A DNA stretch of 64,000 nucleotides from Longimicrobiales bacterium. Lineage in GTDB: Bacteria; Gemmatimonadota; Gemmatimonadetes; Longimicrobiales; Gaopeijiaceae. Positions within the stretch are counted from its first letter, which is position 1; every line of letters begins with the position of its first letter. A program made the translations under genes and the position numbers. The stretch lies in the NCBI GenBank assembly GCA_041690395.1, contig JAWLHJ010000001.1, forward strand, positions 576,001-640,000. Reading direction: 5' to 3'. The notes beneath the pieces were generated by a model, which had not been told where the DNA came from, did no database searches, and saw nothing but the letters and a program-made list of their open reading frames with translations. Below are positions 58,482 to 64,000 of this stretch, piece by piece.

Positions 58482-59671
58482 CCACCCGGCGGGAGTTCCT
58501 GCGCCGGTCGACGGTGGCCGGCGGCGCCGTCGCGCTCGGCCTCGGTGACCCGGCGGGAGTGCTCGGGGCCGCCGACGCGCGGGCAGCGTCCGGCGCGCAT
58601 GCCCGACCCGGCTCCCGGCCGTCGCGCACCGCGCCCCGCCGGATCCGCCTGCTCATTCTCGGCGGAACCGGCTTCATCGGCCCCTGGCAGGTACGCTACG
58701 CGGTCGAGCGCGGCCACGAGGTCACGATCTTCAACCGGGGGCGGAGCGCCCCGGGCATGTTCGACGGCGTCGAGGAGCTCACCGGCGACCGTGCGGCGCC
58801 CGACCTGAGCGCGCTGGAGGGCCGCACGTGGGACGCGGTGATCGACAACTCGGCGTCCCGCGCGGATGCGCCCATGTGGGTCCGCGACTCGGCCAACCTG
58901 CTCGCGGACGCCGCCGACCAGTACCTCTTCATCTCGACGCGCTCGGTCTTCCGTGACCTGAGCATGGTCCCGGCCACGGTCGATGCACCGTTGCTCACGC
59001 CCGAGACGACGTCCAACTGGTCACCGGGCGAGCCGTACCCCTACGGCCTGTCGAAGGCGCTGGCCGAGGGGGAGGCTCGTGCCGCGTTCGGTGACCGGAC
59101 GACCATCGTCCGCCCGGGGCTCATCGTCGGGCCGGGCGACGAGACCGACCGTTTCACGTACTGGCCGGTACGCATCGAGCGCGGGGGCGAGATTCTCGCG
59201 CCCGGCACGCCCGAGGGCGCCCGGATCCAGGTCATCGACGTGCGGGACCTGTGTGAGTGGGTCGTTCGCCTCTGCGAGGACCGGACCTACGGGACCTTCA
59301 TGGGCATCGGACCGGAGAACGGCCGCTCCATCGGCGAGATGCTCTATGGGATCGCCGGTGTGACGACGACGCCTCTCACCTGGACGTGGGTCGAGCGGGA
59401 GTTCTGCATCGAGAATGGGCTCAGGCCCTATCGTGAGCTGCCCGTGTGGCGGCCGCCGACGCCCGGCTACGAAGGATTCGCACGCTTCGACCTGAGCCGG
59501 GAAGTGGCCGCGGGCCTCACGTTCCGCTCCCTGGCGGACACCGCGACCGCGACGCTCGAGTACCACCACTCCAGGGACCCGGAACGCCGGGCGACCCTGC
59601 GCGCCGGCATGAGTCCCGAGAAGGAAGCCGAAGTATTGCGGGCCTGGCATGAGCGTGCCGCGGGGCGCTGA
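58478..59671 (+). CDS. NAD-dependent epimerase/dehydratase-family protein with a Tat signal
   Basis: MTTRREFL, ILGGTGFIG, YGLSK and RPGLIVGPGD.TDRFTYW. Confidence 0.88.
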   Translation: MTTRREFLRRSTVAGGAVALGLGDPAGVLGAADARAASGAHARPGSRPSRTAPRRIRLLILGGTGFIGPWQVRYAVERGHEVTIFNRGRSAPGMFDGVEELTGDRAAPDLSALEGRTWDAVIDNSASRADAPMWVRDSANLLADAADQYLFISTRSVFRDLSMVPATVDAPLLTPETTSNWSPGEPYPYGLSKALAEGEARAAFGDRTTIVRPGLIVGPGDETDRFTYWPVRIERGGEILAPGTPEGARIQVIDVRDLCEWVVRLCEDRTYGTFMGIGPENGRSIGEMLYGIAGVTTTPLTWTWVEREFCIENGLRPYRELPVWRPPTPGYEGFARFDLSREVAAGLTFRSLADTATATLEYHHSRDPERRATLRAGMSPEKEAEVLRAWHERAAGR

Positions 59672-60251
59672 GCCCTCGCCGAGCCATCGGGTCACGGCGC
59701 TTCTCGTCGAGTGGGGAAACGGTCGTGACGGCGCGTTCGAAGACCTGGTCCCCCTCGTCTACGACGAGCTCCGCCGCCTCGCGAGCCTGGCCCTGCGCAA
59801 TGAAGTGGAGGGGCACACCCTGCACACGACCGCGCTCGTGCACGAGGCCTACCTGAAGCTCGTCGGCGCCGATGTCGGCTGGGAGGATTCCGGGCACTTC
59901 ATGCGGGTCGCGGCGCGTGCCATGAGGAGGGTTCTCGTGGACCACGCGCGCGGGCGCCTCCGCCAGAAGCGGGGCGCCGGTGTGCACCCCATTGCGCTGG
60001 ATACGCTCCAGGAGGTCCTGCCGGAAGGCGGCCGGCCGGAACTGGTCATCCAGCTCGATGAGGCCATGGAGCGACTAACGTCGCTAGAGGAGAGGAAGGG
60101 GCGCGTGGTCGAGCTGCACTATTTCGGTGGGCTCTCCTACGACGAGATCGCCCGTGCCCTCGGGATCTCTTCCGCGACCGTGCACCGGGACCTGAGGATG
60201 GCCAGGGCATGGCTCTACAGGGAGCTGACGGATGACGAAGGGTTCGAGTGA
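59649..60251 (+). CDS. ECF sigma factor, TIGR02999 (kinase-associated) type
   Basis: LVYDELRRLA, HTLHTTALVHEAYLKL, MRRVLVDHAR, KRG and TVHRDLRMARAWL. Confidence 0.93.
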   Translation: MSVPRGAEPSPSHRVTALLVEWGNGRDGAFEDLVPLVYDELRRLASLALRNEVEGHTLHTTALVHEAYLKLVGADVGWEDSGHFMRVAARAMRRVLVDHARGRLRQKRGAGVHPIALDTLQEVLPEGGRPELVIQLDEAMERLTSLEERKGRVVELHYFGGLSYDEIARALGISSATVHRDLRMARAWLYRELTDDEGFE

Positions 60252-62859
60252 CCGTTTCCGGAGGCTCTCCTCGGCGTTCGACGCGGTCGTCGACCTTCCG
60301 CCCGACGAGCGGGAGGAGGCCATCTCGCGCTGCTGCGCGGGCGATGTCGAGCTCGAGGAGGAGCTCCGCGCGCTCCTGACGGTCGATGCGGAGCGCGGCT
60401 CCGAAGACGTGATCGCGGGCGCCGTGCAGGGAGAGGCCCGTGCCCTCGACGCTCCCGACGTCCGAGGGACCAGGCTCGGCTCGTGGCGACTGCTCCGTTC
60501 CATCGGGGAGGGTGGCATGGGGACAGTCTACCTCGCCGAGCGAGCGGACGGCGCCTATGATGCGCAGGCTGCGGTCAAGCTGGTGCGTGGAGGGCTGCCC
60601 AGTCCCGTGATGTCCGAGCGGTTCCGGTCCGAGCGGCAGATTCTGGCGGGCCTCGCGCACCCGGGCATAGCCCGGCTCGTCGATGGAGGCAGCACGACCG
60701 ACGGGACGCCGTACCTCGTCATGGAATACGTGGACGGGATCCCCCTCACCGATTGGTGTGAGACTCGTGATCTCGCGGTCGAGGCGCGTCTCCGGCTGTT
60801 CCTGTCCGTCTGCGACGCCGTGACCTACGCCCACGCCAACCTGGTGGCGCACAGAGATCTGAAGCCGGGCAACATCCTGGTGGACCGGGAGGGCTTCCCC
60901 AAGCTGCTGGACTTCGGCATCGCCAGGCTCGTGGACACCGTGGTGGAAGGCTCGGAGCGTGTCACCCGCAGCCATGGGCTACTCACCCCCGCCTACGCGA
61001 GCCCGGAGCAGATCCTCGGGCGGAGGGCCGGCGTGGCCGCCGACGTCTACTCCCTGGGCGTCGTCCTGTACGAGCTGCTGACGGGACGTCTGCCCATCGA
61101 CACCCGCGGCCTGACGCCCGCCCAGCTTGCGGCGAGGATCACGGAAGAGGTGCCACCCCTGGTCAGCGCGGTCACCCCGGACGCCGTGCGACGGAGCCGG
61201 CTGACCGGGGACCTGGACGCGATCGTCTCCCGGGCGCTCCGGAAGGAGCCGGAAGCGCGCTACGCGTCGGTGGCGGCGTTGGCAGAGGACATCCGGCTCC
61301 ATCTGAGTGGGATGCCCGTGGCGGTGCGCCGCGACGACTGGGCGTACCGGGCTCGCAAGCTGGTCGGACGGAACCGGGGTCTCGTGAGCAGCACCCTGTT
61401 GGTACTCCTTCTGGGCGTCGCCTTCACGGTGAACGCGGTGCTGCAGGCGAGGGCCGTCGCCGCCGAGCGCGACCGGGCCGAGGCGGAAGCCGCCACCGCC
61501 GAGCGGGTCAGCGCGTTCCTGGAGGAGTTGTTCTCGGAGGCCGACCCGAACCAGGCCTCGAGCGCGGACGTGACGGTCCGTGAGATTCTCGACCGTGGCT
61601 CGAGCCGCGTGGCCGCCGCCCTCCAGGCGGAGCCGATGGTCCAGTCCCAGATCGCTCTGGTCATGGGGCGGGTCTATCGGGCGCTGGGCGAGTACGATCC
61701 GGCGGAGACGCTCATCGACTCGGCGCTCGCGGTGCGGGAGCGTGTCGACGGCATCTCCCGGGCGGATCTGGCGGACGCCCTGGTCGAGCGAGCCGGGCTG
61801 GCCTACGAGACGGGCGCTTACGAAGGCGCCGTCGCCTTGCTCGAGCCCGCGCTGGACGCCTATCGCGCGGAGCTCGGCGAGCGTGACGATGTCCGTGTCG
61901 CCAGCGCCCTCGACTGGCTGTCGGCGTCGCTCGGCGAGCTTGGACGGCTGGACGAGGCGGAGGCGCATATGCGCGAAGCCGTCGCGATGTACCGGAGGCT
62001 CGACCCCGAGCCCAACGAGAACCTCGCCAGCGCGCTCGCCAACTTCACGGACCTCCTCAGGTCCCGGGGGAGCTACGCCGAGGCGTTCGAGGTCGGTGCC
62101 GAGGCGCTCGCCATGACCCGCACCGTGTTCGGTCCGGAGCACCTGGAGGTCGCGTACGCGCTGAACCAGCACGCGAGCACGCTCTCTCGCTGGGGACGTC
62201 CCGAGGAGGCGATCCCCTATGTCGAGGAGGGGCTCGCCATACGCCGGGCGGTGTTCGAGGGGCCACACGTGGAGGTCGCTGCGAGCCTGGGCAACCTGGC
62301 CAACATCCTGGCGGGTGTGGGTCGCCTCGAGGAGGCGCTCGAGCCACGTCGTGCTTCGGCGGACATGGTGCGCGAGATCTTCCCCGACGGTCACCCGTAC
62401 GTGGCCGCGACCACGCACAGCCTGGGCGCGCTCCTGTTGCAGATGGGGAGGATCGAGGAGGCCGAGGAGACGCTCGGGGAGGCGCTGGCTCACCACCGGG
62501 CGGCGTTCCCCGCCGAGCACCCCAACCTCGCGTATCCGCTCACGGAATTGGGCCGGCTGTACCACGCTGCGGGGCGGCTGGACGAAGCGCGCACGGTGCT
62601 CGAGGAGGCGTACGCGGCACGCGCCGGCGGGCTACCCGCCGGTCATTGGCACATCGCCGCGTCCGGCCTGGAGTTGGGCCTCACGCTCGACGCGGCGGGC
62701 CGGCGGGACGAGGCGGAGCGACTGCTCACGGAGGCGTACGAGATCCTCAGCGACACGTTCGAGGCCACCGACGAGCGCGTCGTCCGGGCGCGAGAGGCGC
62801 TCGCGGCCCACTTCACCGCGCGTGGTATGCCCGAGCGGGCCGCCGGTCTCGAGGGGTAG
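60232..62859 (+). CDS. Membrane Ser/Thr protein kinase with C-terminal TPR repeats
   Basis: GEGGMGTVY, HRDLKPGN, LDFGIA, YASPEQ and DVYSLG. One TM segment followed by repeats such as GPEHLEVA and GPHVEVA. Confidence 0.94.
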   Translation: MTKGSSDRFRRLSSAFDAVVDLPPDEREEAISRCCAGDVELEEELRALLTVDAERGSEDVIAGAVQGEARALDAPDVRGTRLGSWRLLRSIGEGGMGTVYLAERADGAYDAQAAVKLVRGGLPSPVMSERFRSERQILAGLAHPGIARLVDGGSTTDGTPYLVMEYVDGIPLTDWCETRDLAVEARLRLFLSVCDAVTYAHANLVAHRDLKPGNILVDREGFPKLLDFGIARLVDTVVEGSERVTRSHGLLTPAYASPEQILGRRAGVAADVYSLGVVLYELLTGRLPIDTRGLTPAQLAARITEEVPPLVSAVTPDAVRRSRLTGDLDAIVSRALRKEPEARYASVAALAEDIRLHLSGMPVAVRRDDWAYRARKLVGRNRGLVSSTLLVLLLGVAFTVNAVLQARAVAAERDRAEAEAATAERVSAFLEELFSEADPNQASSADVTVREILDRGSSRVAAALQAEPMVQSQIALVMGRVYRALGEYDPAETLIDSALAVRERVDGISRADLADALVERAGLAYETGAYEGAVALLEPALDAYRAELGERDDVRVASALDWLSASLGELGRLDEAEAHMREAVAMYRRLDPEPNENLASALANFTDLLRSRGSYAEAFEVGAEALAMTRTVFGPEHLEVAYALNQHASTLSRWGRPEEAIPYVEEGLAIRRAVFEGPHVEVAASLGNLANILAGVGRLEEALEPRRASADMVREIFPDGHPYVAATTHSLGALLLQMGRIEEAEETLGEALAHHRAAFPAEHPNLAYPLTELGRLYHAAGRLDEARTVLEEAYAARAGGLPAGHWHIAASGLELGLTLDAAGRRDEAERLLTEAYEILSDTFEATDERVVRAREALAAHFTARGMPERAAGLEG

Positions 62860-62882
62860 GGCTTGTTCGGACCATCACCGCC

Positions 62883-63263
62883 TCAAGTCGGGAAGGACAG
62901 CGCGGCGGCGATCTCCTTCTGGCGACCGTCGAGCGTCAGGAACGGGACGTCCCGAGGGGACTCGGCGGCGTAAAGCGCGCACGCGAGGTGCTGCAGGTCC
63001 GCCCCGCGCACGTATCCGATGGCCAGGATCCGCTCGATTTCCGCCGAGAGACGTCGATCCGGAAGGATCCAGGAGATGGTCCGGAGGAAGCGTTCCCCAT
63101 CAGGGACGTCTTCCCGGGCGAGCGTGGACCGGAACTCGGCCTCGAGGAGGGTCGACGAGAGGAGCACGTCGAAGGTCCGTAGGCGGGCGGCGATCTCGTC
63201 CGCGCCGCGCTCGCCGAAGGCCAGGGCCACGAGGCACGAGGTATCGAGGTAGCAGGCCTTCAT
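62883..63263 (-). CDS. vapC: VapC/PIN-domain toxin
   Basis: YLDTSCLV, EAEFRS, GADLQHLA and FLTLD. Confidence 0.88.
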   Translation of the reverse strand: MKACYLDTSCLVALAFGERGADEIAARLRTFDVLLSSTLLEAEFRSTLAREDVPDGERFLRTISWILPDRRLSAEIERILAIGYVRGADLQHLACALYAAESPRDVPFLTLDGRQKEIAAALSFPT

Positions 63264-63541
63264 CCGTGACGGTCATCGAGGAAGCGCGCGAGCGCGCCGG
63301 GGCGGCGGACGAGGGGCTGGGGGAGGTCCCCGCCACGGTCTCCGTCCAACAGGGAGCCGCGGCTCCGCAGCCACTCCAGCCGGGCGGCGGTTCCTCCCTT
63401 CGGATCGAGGGGGCGGATCTCGGCGACCGGCTCCCCCTGATAGGTCACGATTACGGAGCGGCCCTCACGGACCAACCGCATGACCTCGGAGAAGCGGGTC
63501 TTTGCTTCGTACGTGGAGTAGACGCGCTCGTCAGGAGACAT
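63260..63541 (-). CDS. Phd/YefM-family antitoxin
   Basis: STYEAKTRFSEVMRLV..G..VIVT..GEPVAEIRP. ATGA overlap with the toxin. Confidence 0.9.
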   Translation of the reverse strand: MSPDERVYSTYEAKTRFSEVMRLVREGRSVIVTYQGEPVAEIRPLDPKGGTAARLEWLRSRGSLLDGDRGGDLPQPLVRRPGALARFLDDRHG

Positions 63542-63546
63542 GCCGG

Positions 63547-63575
63547 AGATTATCGAGACTGGTCAGACTGGTCAA
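63547..63575 (-). promoter_or_regulatory. Sigma70 promoter TTGACC-N17-TAATCT with a tandem 9-bp operator repeat; probably a leaderless transcript
   Basis: The -10 element ends 5 nt before the antitoxin ATG. AGACTGGTC occurs twice at 63556-63573. Confidence 0.7.
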
Positions 63576-63610
63576 TGCGCCCCGGGCCGTCCACGCGGAA
63601 CCCTCCTCCC

Positions 63611-64000
63611 TCACCGGAACCCCGCAAGCACCTCCTCCAACCGCTCGCTCCCCGGGCACAGCTCCTCGAACGGCACGTCCACCAGGTTGCCCGGGACCGT
63701 GCCGAGCGTGTCGACGTGGTCCGGAGCGTCCGCGTCCACGTACAGGAGGCCGGTCGGGATCTCGCCCTCGGCCTGCCGGGCGCGAACGTACGCGTAGACC
63801 GCGTCACGGTCCTCGGGGTCGTAGTCGTCCGGCACCTTCCGGAAGCGCACCGAGCTCCCGTCGGGGAGCTTCACCTCACGCGCCGATCCTGGCTCGTATG
63901 CGGCGGTGATCTCCGCCATGGGTAGCACGAGATCCGCGTCGACGGCCGCCTCCAGATGGTCGCGCGTGTACCTGTAGCTCTTGGTCGAGCCCTCGTGGTC
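63611..64000 (-). CDS. 2-oxoacid:ferredoxin oxidoreductase beta subunit, C-terminal part (5' end outside the window)
   Basis: DHEGSTKSY.YTR, DYDPEDR..Y, GEIPTGLLYVD and ELCPG. The frame is open to the window edge. Confidence 0.8.
   Translation of the reverse strand, partial: DHEGSTKSYRYTRDHLEAAVDADLVLPMAEITAAYEPGSAREVKLPDGSSVRFRKVPDDYDPEDRDAVYAYVRARQAEGEIPTGLLYVDADAPDHVDTLGTVPGNLVDVPFEELCPGSERLEEVLAGFR

Noticed and set aside
1..64000. CRISPR arrays, tRNA/rRNA, IS elements, integrases or prophage
   Set aside because: I saw no regularly spaced repeats, structural RNA signatures, transposase or phage structural genes. DUF1353 and the toxin-antitoxin pair alone do not indicate a mobile element.

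Overview
A GC-rich (roughly 70% by eye), gene-dense bacterial chromosomal segment. The gene content resembles Gemmatimonadota, but this is an inference. About 57 CDS are present. They include a partial large NAD-glutamate dehydrogenase coupled to four type IV minor pilins, and a DUF2946-like RAPP leader upstream of a ZnuD-like TonB receptor and lipoprotein. Also present are speA, many secreted hydrolases, an ATP-grasp plus luciferase-like monooxygenase operon, and divergent SseA/SufE. Further along are prfC, slyD, DUF432-MscS, a sugar ABC-rof-yajQ-amylosucrase operon, a multicopper oxidase and a lipoprotein cyanophycinase. The window ends with an ECF sigma/Ser-Thr kinase pair, a Phd-VapC toxin-antitoxin pair and a partial 2-oxoacid:ferredoxin oxidoreductase beta subunit. 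I saw no rRNA, tRNA, CRISPR array, transposase or prophage. The two best signals are ribosome-based regulators. The first is a complete trp-style 1:2/2:3/3:4 transcription attenuator with a Met-Met-Cys-Arg-Cys-Cys leader peptide (21390-21557, minus strand) in front of a putative organosulfur-scavenging operon. The second is a RAPP arrest-peptide leader whose CxxC is replaced by a His-rich site, upstream of a putative zinc TonB receptor (6387-9713).
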